Shown: positions 12,400 through 25,199 of the stretch, piece after piece
Numbering within the stretch: position 1 is the first letter of the stretch
How the letters are laid out: each line of letters begins with the position of its first letter
Assembly (NCBI GenBank): GCA_028534125.1
Contig: CM052816.1
Location: 25,050,001-25,114,000, forward strand
DNA length: 64,000 nucleotides
Reading direction: 5' to 3'
Source: Lama glama
Lineage: Eukaryota
The notes under the pieces: generated by a model
What the model was told of the DNA's origin: nothing
The model's database searches: none
What the model saw: only the letters and a program-made list of their open reading frames with translations
Position numbers and translations under genes: made by a program

Positions 12400-12610
12400 A
12401 ACACTATGTGGTAAAGGAGAATGGATTAAGATAAATCCACTTTCAAATCCTTCCTCCATAACTTTCTAACAATATAACTTTGGGTAAGCTTCTCTGTTTA
12501 TTCAGTGGTAAAATGTAAATACTGATTGCTATTTGCATGGCTGTTGTGAGAAATGAGAAAATATTTATCAAGTGTTTGCATGTGCTCTACCCCCAAATGG
12601 GAAGTTATTA
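12400..12610 (+). mobile_element. MIR
   Basis: 'ttcaaatccttcctcc...actttgggtaag...gtaaaatgtaaatactgat...ggctgttgtgaga' resembles the MIR core. Confidence 0.55.
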
Positions 12611-13239
12611 TGTATTTTATCTCTGGACAAAAGTTAGTGTTATATACTTTAAATCATTAATGACTTTAAATTGAATGTTAGCTTAAAAACTCAAGTCAAA
12701 AATGCTGTTTTATTAGCTTTTTATGCCATAGGTTACTATTCCCTTTGGTACCATTTGCAGCTCTTTTCCACTAAGCTAAAGAAAGCAGGAATGGTACGTA
12801 TCTGTCATCAGGTAATGCCCAGTAGTGGCTCAAAATTTTCCAAACTGGGAACTAAAGAATGCAAGAGAGATTTCTTTCTTAGACACTCACATATCAATAG
12901 TTTTCTCCAAGGAGACCAACATACCTTGCCAAATGTGAGTTTAAGAAACAGAAAAAGGCATATTTGAAGGTAATTCTACTTAACTCTGTAAGATGCACCT
13001 GAAGCAATTAAAGCCATATTTAGAAGAGGAAGAATATGCAATCAACACACTTTATATTTTATCCCTCTTGTTAAAAAGGAAACTTAAATGCAAAGAATTT
13101 TTTCATTCCATAAACCTTAAACAACTAGATTATACTGGCAGTGTGACTACTTGATAAACAATAACAAAAAAATCTAATTCCAACAGTGCTCTCATGAATT
13201 TGACATGAGTATCCTATACTATGTGACAAAAGACATAAG

Positions 13240-13762
13240 AATCAGTCTGGGCTCTTAATAGCAAGCAACAGAATCCAACCTTTAAACAGAAAAGAAGTCT
13301 TCTTGAAGGCTATTAAGGAACTCATAGAAACCTTGCTGGGACTGAAGAACCAGTATGGAAGTTAAATGTCTGGAAACAGTGTCTCGAACACCACAGAAGT
13401 GCCTCGTATGTGAGCCACTGTCCTGAAACAGGATTGGATGCATCACTTAACATCTCATTCTTGTGACCCAGGAACCCCTCATCGTGACACTGCTGAGGTA
13501 CCACTACCAGAGAGAAGTTGCCCCTGTAGGAGCTTCCAGGTCAAAGTGTGTGCCTATCATTCCTGGATCCTAGGGCACTGATGCACAGGAGGTTGGGAAG
13601 GTGGATTTCTAACATTTTGGGCTCCTTACGGTGGCAGCCACCACCGTTGTGCATAAGAAAAGGAATTTCTCGAACATTGAAATGAATAGATGAGTTCATA
13701 ATCCAGCTATTTGTCTAAGGACCTAGATATTTGTCTAAAATAATGACAGATATCCACTACAT
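13240..13762 (-). mobile_element. Ancient MaLR LTR (late MLT1-like)
   Basis: 'agtctgggctcttaatagcaagcaacagaatccaac...gacagatatccactaca' termini resemble old MLT1 elements. Confidence 0.5.
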
Positions 13763-13849
13763 CATGTAAATAATACATAGTAAAATGTAAAAGGTTTGTG
13801 AGCAGTGCTTGGGGGGTACACACTGAGGTGGTTCCTACAAACTTAAAGT

Positions 13850-14065
13850 TTTAGTTTAAAGCTCCTCCAAGAGGCTTTTGTGACCACGCTCCCTAGAGAA
13901 AGTCTGTCCTCATTCTTTATACCAACACCCTGTTTATTTTCCCCATACTGTAAATTCAGTCCAGTATCTTGTTTTTATCAGTTGTGATCTCCTGTGTCTT
14001 CTCACTTAGATTCCTTACTCCCTGAATCCCCAGCACAGTTTCTCCCACATAGCAATTTGTCTAGT
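13850..14065 (+). mobile_element. L2 fragment
   Basis: 'ctcctccaagaggcttttgtgacc...tgaatccccagcacagt'. Confidence 0.45.
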
Positions 14066-14848
14066 GAGATCTCCACTATAAATCCCCACAAAACACCTGA
14101 GATCAAAGGTGTGTAAAATCACCATGAAACGAATGGTTTCTTAATTGCAGGTGTTGTAGGAATCATCCCCAAAAAATATTCTTTAGAAATTAGGATACTT
14201 TTGGTGGCAAGAAACAGAAATCTCAACTTGAAAGAAGATCAGCTTCATAGGAAGCCTAGGAAGGCCCATGTGTGGATTGACCTCAGTCTGGATTATTGAA
14301 CATACCACTAAGGAGGGGGATGGTATCTCCTGGTGCGGGGCAAGGCCCAGACCGCCAAACAAAACCTGGAAAGAGAAAAGGAAAGGTGGGTTCTAGGGGG
14401 AAGGCCAACAGTGCTTCCTATATTGACAGCTTTTGCACTGTTTGAAACACTGAGTGAAGGAAAAGATAATGTACTCCAAGGATTTCACTTGATTGGTCCC
14501 GCCAGAGAGTATCTCATTTGAATATATACGATGGGCATGGTAACTCAATGCTTCAGCTCTAAAATCCTGTTTATTTCACTTGCTGTGTGCCCATACTCAA
14601 TGTACAATTTAGTGATTATGATTAGGCTTTCCAACTGGTATGATTATTCAAGGAGACCGTTGGCCAGAGGACAAAAGTATGTGATTCCATCAGCAGTTTT
14701 AGCTATTACTGTGATTAATGAATTATCATTTCGGCTTTATACATTAGTCTATTGCATTGCTTTTCTTAAAACATGAGTCATCATCCCTGAATCTGGATAC
14801 ATAAAAACTCTGAAAAGATGTAATTTCTGAGCCTGAAAGGAAGAGAGA

Positions 14849-15262
14849 TGTGTTAGTTTGCTACGACTGCTGTAATAAAGTACCACAGACTGGATAGTTT
14901 AAAAAATAGAAATTTATCATCTTACAGTTTTAGATAATAGACATTTAAAACAAGTTGTTAGCCTGGTTGGTTTATTCCGAGAGACATATGAGAAGAATCT
15001 GTTCTAGGCCTCTCTTCTTGCCTTGTGGATGACTGTCGTCTCCTTATGTTTTTTTTCACATCATCTTTCTCTGTGTCTAGATTTCTTCTTTTGATAAGGA
15101 CACCAGTCATAATGGATTTGGACCCACCCTCAAGACTTCAGCTTATCTAAATTACATCTGTCTGCAAGGATACTATTTTTCAAATAAAGTCAAATTCTAA
15201 GCTGCTAGAGATTAGAACTTCAAAATAGGAATGGAGGGGTGGACACAAGTCAACCAATAACA
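14849..15262 (-). mobile_element. MLT1B/C-like MaLR solo LTR
   Basis: TG...CA termini; 'tgtgttagtttgctacgactgctgtaataaagtaccacagactgg...ataaggacaccagtcataatggatt...ggacacaagtcaaccaataaca'. Confidence 0.9.
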
Positions 15263-15399
15263 AAGATGAAGCCCTAGATGTAAGCAGTGCCTCTCAGGGA
15301 GGCTCTTTCTAGGCAGTTAGCCTGAGAGGGCTTCCATTCAACTCCCCACAAGTTCCAGAAGAGACTTTCTGAAGGCGTCCCAGAGAACAAACGGTTATT

Positions 15400-15680
15400 T
15401 CTAGGTAGAAGGAAGCATTTAGGAAGGAGATAATATCTGTGTTTGCCTTGGAGGGTGGGTCATATGTAGTTACCTAAATATGACGGAGGTACTTAGGAAA
15501 TGACTATTAGAAGAGAGAAGCGAAACAGGGGAAGCAGGGAGCTGTTACAGTAGTGTTATACTGTGATAAGCTCTGGTTGAGGGGTGTGGTCATGGCATGG
15601 AAAGAAAAGGATGCTCTGAGAGAGCTTCAGCCGTAGAGATGTGCAGGGCCTGGCCATGTACCATGAAGGAGTGAAATAGG
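15400..15680 (-). mobile_element. L2 fragment
   Basis: Purine-rich 'gcagggagctgttacagtagt...gtggtcatggcatggaaagaaaaggatg' is typical of antisense L2. Confidence 0.45.
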
Positions 15681-16074
15681 GAACATGGTGGGACATTTGG
15701 GAAGACAAGCTCTCCTGTCAGAGTTCCCCTTTACCTTCCACCTTCAAAGATGCATATTATTATGAATTGCTCCATTACTCTTTCAGGGACACTATGGGAA
15801 AATTTGTTATTAATATGCATAAATGTATGGGCAAAGGAGATAAAGTAGGAAGCTCTCTGTAGTGATTAGAACACATGTACATAAGACAAGAAATTATACT
15901 TCTGTCTGAAATATTTAAGCTAGATAGCTAGGTCATTAGTTAAATTTGTGTAAGTTTGAAACATACATTGGAGACTGAGACGGTACCCATTGGAAATCCA
16001 TGGTGTACACAAGAATCATCTGTTAGGCAAAGAAATCAAAGAAAAGACACAACACTTGGTTAGGGGCTCACTAG

Positions 16075-16205
16075 ACATATATGGACTAAGACCTCTGGCC
16101 TGGACAGAGGGTCTGACATCTTGGGACCAATAGTCAAAGATTCTGGCTGTCTTACCCGTTCCATGAACCTCCTAATTAAATAAATAAATGCTTTGTGTAA
16201 AATGA
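16075..16205 (+). mobile_element. MIR fragment
   Basis: Weak MIR-like similarity ending 'attaaataaataaatgctttgtgtaaa'. Confidence 0.3.
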
Positions 16206-17479
16206 TCTTTGAATTGTGAGCCTGGAAGTTCTTGAATGTGCCCCTCCTTCTGAAAAGGACTTTTTCCTTGACAAGCATCAAGTAAGCCCCAGACAACCAG
16301 AAAGTGTTATTTTGTTTCCTGAATACCCTTACTATTTTCATATCTCTGGATCTGAGGGATGGAAAGAGGAGAAAGAAGCAGCAACACCTCCTAGAGATCC
16401 ACGATGCATAGTCAGTGCTTACTTTTTGTTTAATCCATATCTTACCTTTAGGGTGAAGATAAACTGCTAAGAAATGTTAGGAAACTTTGATTAGTGAACT
16501 GAAGTTTAAGCTTTAAGCTTGTGTCCCTGGGAGAATGATTTCAATGCTATTAAGAAAAATGTAGGTAGTTGCTCTTACATGGAAGGAAGAGGTAAAGAGA
16601 TGTTGTGGTACATATAAAGAATGATTGAATCCAGCGTGTGAGACTGGGATTGTACCATATCTGCCACTTACTGTCGCCAGGAATTTGTAGATACCACCTC
16701 ACATCTAGCAACAATTTAAGCATCTGTACCAGGACTAGGTGATGGTTTTAAAGCTATTTTGTTAAACTGAAAAAACAATATATCAAATACACAAATTCCC
16801 ATATATATTTAAAAAGACTATTCAAGTTAAGTGGAGTAGGGAAGTCAAGGACTTCCAGCCACCTTGATTTTGACTTCTTATTCCCCAAAGCAGTCCATCA
16901 TTGTTGGAACCCAGTTATATTATCTTTAATATGACATCTAGTTCTATCCTTACATGATAGTCATAGTAAGATTTGTTGAATCAGTAGTTCTCTTTGGAAA
17001 GCACTTTGAGAATTTTGGATGTGGTGGTGGTAATGTTGGAAATTATTCATGGTAGTGATGGGAATGATTGCATTTTGTTTTAAAATGTAATGCATGAATA
17101 CTTGACAATGTACATATTAGTATACATGATGCAAGGCAATTTTGACTAGAACCCTTGGATGATCTGCAGATCCAGCAGCTCTGCTATTCACCCTCCCTTC
17201 TCCTCCCTTGCTTTAAGAGAAGGAAATGTGTGACACTCTTACCACTTCCCTAGCCAGGTTTCCTCGTGAGGAATTTCTGCTGAATAAAGTCCATCCCCTT
17301 TGAACAGTGTTCACTTCTGACCATTCTCCCTTATGATTAGTACATTATTTTATTCAGTAAGTCACTGTCTTTAATAAAGTTACAGTCAAGTATATCTTTA
17401 GGGTGACTCTGATTATCTCCTCCCTCATCTATTCTATCGTAGTGTATAGTATAACTGTCAGAGGGCAGACTTATTTAAT

Positions 17480-17650
17480 TAATAATAATAATAACTTCTT
17501 ATTTCAACTATTTTTTGATAAAACATGTTGCATATACCATGTCATTTTTTTCTACCTGGTGGCAAATGTATAAGAATCTCAGTTATCCTTAAGTGTAAGG
17601 AAACAGTTCTGGGAGATTGGCTAATTTGCCCAAGGGGACAGGATTGGGAG
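17480..17650 (-). mobile_element. MIR
   Basis: 'aataataataataac...gtaaggaaacagttctgggagattggctaatttgcccaaggggacag'. Confidence 0.55.
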
Positions 17651-20179
17651 ACTCTACCATGTCCTGTATCCTCTACATTCTTGAGAGCCAGGGATGAATA
17701 GGCCCGGAGTCAGGGCAGAGCAGTGAAGAGGACCCCTCCGTATGTTTCCTCATACTGGCATCCGTTATTAGTTAAAAGTCAGGTGTATTCTTTGTCAGTC
17801 TTAACAAATTTCACTATTTATCTCTTCACAGAATATACATTTTAGTTGTATGAAGACAGCTAAACAAGATTACGCATTATTTCTTCCTCCAGTTCAGATT
17901 ATTACTACTTCTCTGACTAAAACTCTTTGTAAGATACAGGTATTATGTAACCATCCTTTGCAAACAGAGTTGTTGAATTTTCAGTATGTGTATCTCCAGG
18001 CTATTCCTCAGGGATCCAGCTTGCTTGGGCTTAGAGAACAAGGACTACAAGACAGTGACATTGGTTATAGAAAAAAAAAAAAATCAGGTTCTTCATTTAC
18101 CCTGGAAAGTATGTTTTTATTGCCATCTGAATAAGTAACTTTCAACTAAATTGTGGACAAACACACCTCAGTATAGCTACTTCTCACATGCTTGACTCAG
18201 CAGTTTTTCAAAATCCTGTGAAATGCTTTCTTTCATATGTGTTAAATTGAATACAAAGTAGTACATATATACCCTTGTATTATGTTCAGACAACAGATGA
18301 TTTTGTTTGTTTTCTCTTAAAGGAGGTGCTTAAAATTCAACATGGAAGGAAACTGGTTTTTAACCTTAAGTTCTAGTCCCCTTCTGAAATTAAGATAAAT
18401 GGCTTTAGAGAGACCATAAGTCTTCTTGCATGTCAAGATTTTTGTTTACAAAGCACTGTCCTAATAAGGTTAATATAAATGAATTTGGAACAAATGGACT
18501 GAATAGCTTTGAAATACACAATTTAAAATGTAATGGAAAAAGCATTTGGTAAAATATGTTTTAGATTTCACTGAATCCCGAATGTTTAGATAATACTGTA
18601 ATGGTGAATATCCGCCCCTAGTTTCACACACACTTTCACTCTAAGTTGAAATTACTGATACAACATGTATAAGAAGTGTACCTTTTAGTGTTGTTAAAAT
18701 CTGTTATAATATTCTCTGTTATATTCTATGACAGAGTCACATTTAGAGTAGAAAAAAAGAGATTTGAATAAATAAAATGTATCTTAATTCCCTCAGCATG
18801 TATAATGTGAACCTCATTGTTCCAGTGAGAACCCACACTATTCATAGTGAGCTTGATGCTTGGGTTTGACAGGCAGCCATCTGGGGCGCCGCAAGAGGCC
18901 GTTTTGAAAATTCAAACCTTCAATAAGATCAAAGTGTGTACAGAAGTATTAAATTATATCCAGATAGAAAAATATGTGTCCTCAGTCTTTTATGTGAAAT
19001 TTAACATTGATACATGCTCTGTGAGTTTTCTTCCATACATACATACAAAATGCATGCCACTGAAATGCTGAGGGATGGCTGGGAAAAAAAAAAATCTAAA
19101 CTGGGATCACATGTCCTTTCCGGCCTCTAACTGTGGCATTCATGTGACATAATAGAGACTCTGAAACACAGTGCGCCTTCACTCTGCGGGGGTTACAAAG
19201 CTGTTCAGTGTAGGAAATCAGCACGTGAATATCTCTTCCCCTAGCTAGAAAATGAAAAACACCTGACACTTGAGAACTGTTAGTACATGATTTGAATGCC
19301 ATTAGGGGCTGCTCCTACACATTTCGTATTACAGCTGTGGAGTGTGTAACCCATGAATAGCACTTGTGTTATGTTTGCTTTAGAAAACTGTGTTGATCCC
19401 TCCAGGCGCTCTATTTGCAAGTACTCCCACGTGAGGCATAGAGCAGGGGGGATCTGAAGCAAACAGATCTGTCTTACAGAGAGACTGTTCTGTAAGGAAA
19501 TATTTTTAGAGGCTGGAGAAATGGGTAGCGCACCTCCCACTCTGGTTGTAACTTTTGAAAGAGGATGGCTGAGGAGATCTTTTATTGACATAACAAAAAC
19601 TATTTGTTCAATGTGCAGAGCTCGGGTTCTATGCAACCATCTCCCTGTGGCTCAGAGTTTTAATAAAATTTGACCCAGCCTCCGTGCGCGTAGTTTGTGG
19701 AAGGAAGATTATAACATGAACGTTTTTCTTTGCTAAAAATTGCTCTTTTTGAGAGGTTTTTTTGAACTACTTCTCAAGTTGTAAAAATCAGATTGGGGAT
19801 AATCTTTCAAGACATTATGAGGTTTATATTTCTTTTGAATTTCTTTCAGAATAGGCTTATTTTAGCAGTTTGGGATTGGAATGAAATCTCTTAATTTCTT
19901 TTCTCCGTATACAGTTCAGTCTAGAGCAAAGTGGTTTATTTTAGGAATATGTAAACTGATGACTAAAGTTCGCTTTTGAATAAATGAGTGCATCGTGAAA
20001 ATGATAGCTTGAGTTCAGCTGTAAAGTTATGTTCACACCACAAATGATACCTCTTAGCTCTATTGATAAGCTTTGCTTATTTAGGATGTTTTCTTTTTGT
20101 TTCTAGATGACTATCAGGATTACACAGTATCTCTATCAAGGGCTGGGCTTGGAGTATGGTTGGATATGAAAAGGAATCT

Positions 20180-20390
20180 GTTAATTACTGAGCAAAGGCT
20201 ATATGATGTTGATTTACATACTTGACTCCATTTAACACTCACACACAACCTCACAGACAATCCAAAAGGTAGATATTATTATATCCAGTTTCATAGATGT
20301 GGACACTTTCTCAAATTGCAGAGCAAGTAAATCGCAGAGATAAAATTCAAAGTCAAGTTGTTCTAATTTCAAAGTCCATGCTCTTAAACA
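20180..20390 (-). mobile_element. MIR
   Basis: 'tccatttaacactcac...ggtagatattattatatccagtttcatagatgtggacact...ttcaaagtccatgctcttaa'. Confidence 0.7.
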
Positions 20391-20566
20391 TTATCTTTTA
20401 TTGCTTGTACAAATTGCTGTGAAAATTCCTCAGAATTCCCTTCTTCAAAAGATATTTTCAAGCCTTGACATCACTTTTGCTACTGCATAGCCTGTCTTCT
20501 TCTTTGCCTGCTAAAAAGTATCAAAAGGAGAGTCTAACAAACTTGACGGAATCCCATGCCTGCATA

Positions 20567-20742
20567 TTGGGTTTGCAAACTTGAATGTCTTTAGCATCAC
20601 CTGGAAAGCTTTTAAAAATTACCAGTGACTGATACTATATTAGACCATTTACATCAAAACCTCTGGAGGTTGAGCTGGGACATGGGCATTTTAAAAAAGC
20701 TTTCCTGGTGACTCTCGTGTGCAGCCAGAGTTCAAAATTTCT
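20567..20742. mobile_element. MER5A-like hAT-Charlie non-autonomous DNA transposon
   Basis: 'gcatcacctggaaagcttttaaaaat...gcattttaaaaaagctttcctggtgactct...gcagccagagttcaaaa' with the internal inverted symmetry typical of MER5A. Confidence 0.8.
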
Positions 20743-22007
20743 GTTATATGTTGACATAAAATGCATAAATTTTAGTTCTCCACATTTCTTTCTCACATAT
20801 CCTAAAAATCAAAGATTTCCTGTCTCTTGGAAAAGCAAAGTGATGGCATCTTTATATGGTTCCACAAGGGCTTATCATCACACCATTCTTCCTAATTGGT
20901 ATGCTCTGAAGATGTGTCAGAGCTGTCTGCACCTATTTCTCTCGTTAAGAAATGTGGGTTAGAACGAGAAGCACGGAAGGCAGCTGGGGATAAAAGAAAA
21001 CAAGGTTGACACCGCTTGATCTTAAAATTTTCTGTCTTTTCTTCCCAGCAATTTAAAGGACTTATCTTTCCTTCAGAGGTCTTCATCTAACTGCCCCCAG
21101 CATTCGTAACCACTTTTTATTGGAGGAGGGGCTAAGATTTGTAAATCTGTGCAAAAACTCAACATTCACTGTTTACCCATTTCTGCAGTAACACTCTGGC
21201 ACTCAATCCCTTACAACCACTGTCGTCTCTATTTGCTGTTGAGTTAGTTTTTGACTGACTAGGTGCCCCAGCTTGGCTTCTGCCTTTAAGCCCACTGGAC
21301 CAATTCATCAAGCCAGATTTACACAGAACCAGCTTTTCATTTGGGTGTTGACAAACTTCTTTTCCTCTCTTATTGGCAAAGATGAGGAATCAATGGCATA
21401 TTTGTCTTTTATTAGTAATAATTTTTATTGGCAAAACATCACTCCCTATCATTGAAAATAGTAATATCATCAAGTGTCAAATGTACCTAGAAGACTATGT
21501 GTCTCAGGAGGCAATGCTACAAAACCAAGGTTGATAATACCTAAAAGGAAGCCTGTTGTTTTCAAGAAAAACATTTTGAAGACCAGTGTGACATCAAATT
21601 TGTAGACCAAATGAATGCTTAACACTGAGCTTTGGGACTTGGATAGCAGGTGAGGGGAGTAGTCTCTTTTTTGGTGTTTGAGGTATAGCTAAGGTTTACA
21701 AGTTGTGCATATCATTTGGTTCTTCCTCCTGCTGTACTTCCTACAATTTCCCACCCCACTTTTTGCTCTGAAAGGCTGAACTACGTGCACTGTCTCAGCA
21801 GGCTCCCTTGTATTCTGGCTGTATGTTAGCCAGTGAGATTATCAGCTGGTGAGTGGTTTATGGAAAGAGGTTAAAGTATGGGTATACATCCAGCTTCCTC
21901 CTTGCTGGGTCAGTGGAAGTTGACATCACTTCTTAACAAAAGGCCATGGTTTTCATAAGGGGGCCTCCCTATATGCTATTCACTCCAGATATGTTTACCT
22001 GTTCTCT

Positions 22008-22458
22008 CTTTTTCTTTGAAGTATAGTTGATTTACAATATTGTGTTATTTTCAGGTGTACAGCATAGTGTTTCAGTATCTTTGCAGGTTTTACTCCATTA
22101 TAGGTTATTATAAGATAATGGGCATAATTTCCTGCACTATATGGTATATCCTTGTTGCTCATCTACTTTATATATTGTAGTTTGTATCTGTTAATCCCAT
22201 ATACCTAATTTGTCCCTGCCCCCTTCTGTCTCCCCTTTGGTAACCACAAGTTTGTTTTCTACATCTATGAATAAGTTTCAGTTTTGCATATACATTATTT
22301 GTATTATTTTTTAGATTCTACATATTAGTGATATCATACAGTATTTGTCTTTCTCTGTATGAATTATTTCACTAAGGACAATATTGTATAAGTCCATCCA
22401 CATTGCTGCAAATGGCACTACTTCATTCTTTTTATGGCTGAGTAATATTTCATTTCAT

Positions 22459-22490
<32 letters not shown>

Positions 22491-22820
22491 CTCACATCTT
22501 CTTAATGTAGTTCTCTGTTGATGTGCATCTTGGCTATTGTAAATAGTGCCACTATGAATATTAGGGTGCATATATCTTTTCAAATTAGTGTTTTCTTTTT
22601 TTTCTGGATATATACCCAGGAGTAGAATTGCTGGATCATATGGTAGTTCTATTTTTAGTTTCTTGAGGAACCTCCACTCTGTTTTCCACAGTGGCTTCAT
22701 CATTTTACATTCCTACTGACAATGTACGAGGATTCCCTTTTCTCCACATCGCCAACATTTGTTATTTGAAGACATTTTGATAATAGTCATTCTGAGGTGT
22801 GAGATGATAGCTCCTCGTGG
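22008..22820 (-). mobile_element. 5'-truncated young LINE-1
   Basis: 'ttgaagtatagttgatttacaatattgtg' tail; ORF 22455-22703(-) contains [31 protein letters not shown]. Confidence 0.95.
22459..22490. repeat. (AC)12(AT)4 microsatellite inside L1
   Basis: Read directly. Confidence 0.95.
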
Positions 22821-23194
22821 CTAGCTCTTCCCTCCTTTTGTCCATTCATGCCTGAGGGAGTTAAATGATGCCCCACTATTGCTGGCCCCAGGGTTCTGTG
22901 CTGTTCTTTGTTTTCTCCCAAACCTGCCTACATTTGTTACTTTATTAAACTATCTGGAACTATCTTGTTAATAGTTACTTTATTAAACTAACTGAAACTA
23001 TCCAGTTTGAGTGTGTCATCTCCAAGAGATCATCTTAGAAAGCACATGGAGCTCTAATTTCCTTAGAAGCAATCCTAAGTATGACAAGATTGTTAAATTT
23101 GAATGTCCCTGATAATTTTCTTGGGACATGGTCATGTTAAAGTCTAGATAGAAATGGCAATTATTTCTTAAGTCTATTTTCCTGCCCTAGTATT

Positions 23195-23372
23195 TCTTCC
23201 ACTTTCCTTCCCTCCCTGCCTTTCTACCCTCCTTTCCTCCTTTCACCTTTCTTTCTTTCTCTTATTTTTCCTATCCTTCCTTCCATCTTGCTCCTTCTTT
23301 CTATCATTTTTTAACCTTTCTTCTGCCTCCTTCCTCCTCCTCTCCCACCCTCCTTCCTTCCATTCTTCTACC
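23195..23372. repeat. CT-rich low-complexity polypyrimidine tract
   Basis: About 180 bp almost entirely C/T (ttcc/cttt units). Confidence 0.85.
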
Positions 23373-23564
23373 TGCCTGGTTTTATTTGATATTTTTGTCA
23401 GAAAATTTGGATATTCACAGTTAGTTTTGGCCTAGAGGTATAAATTTAGAAAATGGAAAAATATAGAGCATTTTCAGGATCATGACAATATTGATATATC
23501 ACTTTTGTTTTCAGAGAATGGTTAGAAGATATTTACTATAATAGTTAAAACACTGAAGTTTGAT

Positions 23565-23919
23565 TATGTAGCAGTCATTAATTTTGATTGCCAATTATTT
23601 TAGTTCATCCACTTTCTGGGTACATAGTAAGGTTGTACTTGGTGCCTCTCATGTGATTGAATGGAATCATGTGACTAGTTCTGGTCAATAATTTGTGAAT
23701 GGAAGTGATGGTGTCACTTTGGGGCTGGATCATTTAATGCCAATACAGGACTCTTCAGCATTCTTTCTGTTTTCAAAAATGATCAGAAATGTTGTAGTTT
23801 GTGCCTTTTCCATCAATTCAAGTCTCAGAATAAAGATTACCTGGAAAGGAGCTTTGAACAACTTTGATTTCATGTAGTCAGTGAGAAACTTTTTGTTTCA
23901 AGCTATTCTACCTAATACA
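23565..23919 (+). mobile_element. MLT1I/J-like MaLR LTR
   Basis: 'catgtgactagttctggtcaataatttgtgaatggaagtgatggtgtcactt...cctaataca'. Confidence 0.7.
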
Positions 23920-23922
23920 TAT

Positions 23923-24285
23923 TGTATTAGCTCAGGCTGCTATAACAAAATACTCTAAATTGAATGGCTTGAACAACAGACATTTATTTCTCACAGTTCT
24001 AGGGGCTGGAAGTTCTGGGGGCTAAAATCAAGGTACAGATATATTCTCTTCCTGGCTTACAGATGGCTGTCTCTTTGTCCTCACATGATAGGGAGATAGA
24101 GAACTCTAGTCTCTCATCCTCTTCTTCTGAGGACACTAATTATATCATGAAGGGCCGCCCTTTCAACCTCATCTAAACCTGACTACCTCCCAAAGACCCC
24201 ATCTCCAAATACCATCACATTGTGTGTTAGGGCTTCAACATATGAATTTTGAGGGGAAAGGGGCACAAACATGCAGTCCATAATA
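23923..24285 (-). mobile_element. MLT1A-like MaLR solo LTR
   Basis: 'tgtattagctcaggctgctataacaaaatac...atttatttctcacagttct...cacaaacatgcagtccataata', about 360 bp. Confidence 0.9.
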
Positions 24286-24629
24286 CATGCTAAGATATAT
24301 CACCTTGTACAAGTTAGATTATCCCTAAACATGGAATTGCTCTTGTTTATTTGTATTTTCACATACTTCTTGAGTAGGACAAAAAAGGGTAAAGTTATGG
24401 CTAGTGACATAAAGGAATTACATGTGGAAATTTAGTTCACAAACAGATGCCAAATTGGTGAGAGTAAGGATTACTGAGAGTGACTGTTAGAAAATGAGCA
24501 GACTTTGTGCCTAAGTACATACTAATTTCTGGTACTTGGGAAGGAGGGTTGGGTACCTAACGTATGTTGAAATGTGGTAAAAAATTTAACGACATTTAGT
24601 AGTCAAAACAATCCTGCAAAACAGTCACT

Positions 24630-25025
24630 CTAAAAGAACCTATCGAGCACCTACTACTGTCAGCTAGGTATTATGCAAGATGATGGGATGTAGCAGTAAG
24701 CAAAACAAACAAGGTCCCTGCACCCAGAGAACTCACCTGGGAGCATACAGGAAAGGCAACTGGGGAATTACACTGAAGAACAGAGAGTTGAGGGAGGAGG
24801 AAGGAGCAGATGCCTAGGAAGCAGACACAGGGGTAACTATTCCTATTGGAGGCACCAATGAAGGATTCATGGAAGAAAGGTATGTCTAGGCTGAGACATG
24901 GGAGTAAATAGGAGTGAGCCAAGCAAAGATGAGAAGTTTTCTAGACATGAGGGGCAATGTATATGGTCCATTAAGTAGGAGAGGGCCTGGCATTTGTTAG
25001 GAACTAGAAAAAGTGTAACATGGCT
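24630..25025 (-). mobile_element. L2 3' region
   Basis: 'tatcgagcacctact...tgggatgtagcagtaagcaaaacaaacaaggtccctgcaccc' is the antisense L2 3' end. Confidence 0.75.
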
Positions 25026-25199
25026 CTTTCTACCACATTACAGACACAGAATCTTGCTTTCTAGAGTCTGCCTGAGGGTTTGGGTAACAGATCCAGAAGT
25101 GTAGGGGAGTTAATTCACTACACAGAGAACAATGGGAGACAGGAAAGAAGAGGGATATGAACAGCTATAGTTCCTCTCTTTATTCTTCTGTCTAAAGTA

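Larger units (their letters stand above)
21745..23025 (+). mobile_element. LTR33-like ERVL LTR, split by a young L1 (22008-22820)
   Basis: 5' part 'caggctcccttgtattctggct...gccagtgag...cagctggtgag'; 3' part 'ttcatgcctgagggag...tttattaaact...gtttgagtgtgtcatct' resembles LTR33. Confidence 0.65.

Noticed and set aside
17880..18070. Two possible plus-strand micro-exons within ORF 17850-18134
   Set aside because: Weak donors (gtatta, gttata) and no recognisable peptide.
18300..18390. Strong plus-strand acceptor ttttgtttgttttctcttaaag
   Set aside because: All three frames stop within about 65 nt and no good donor follows.
18612..18625. CTCF-like CGCCCCTAGT
   Set aside because: One base short of the core spacing, with mismatched flanks.
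19280..19636. 118-aa minus-strand ORF in unique sequence
   Set aside because: Starts at a non-ATG codon, has no recognisable domain and no convincing splice context; compatible with a chance ORF.
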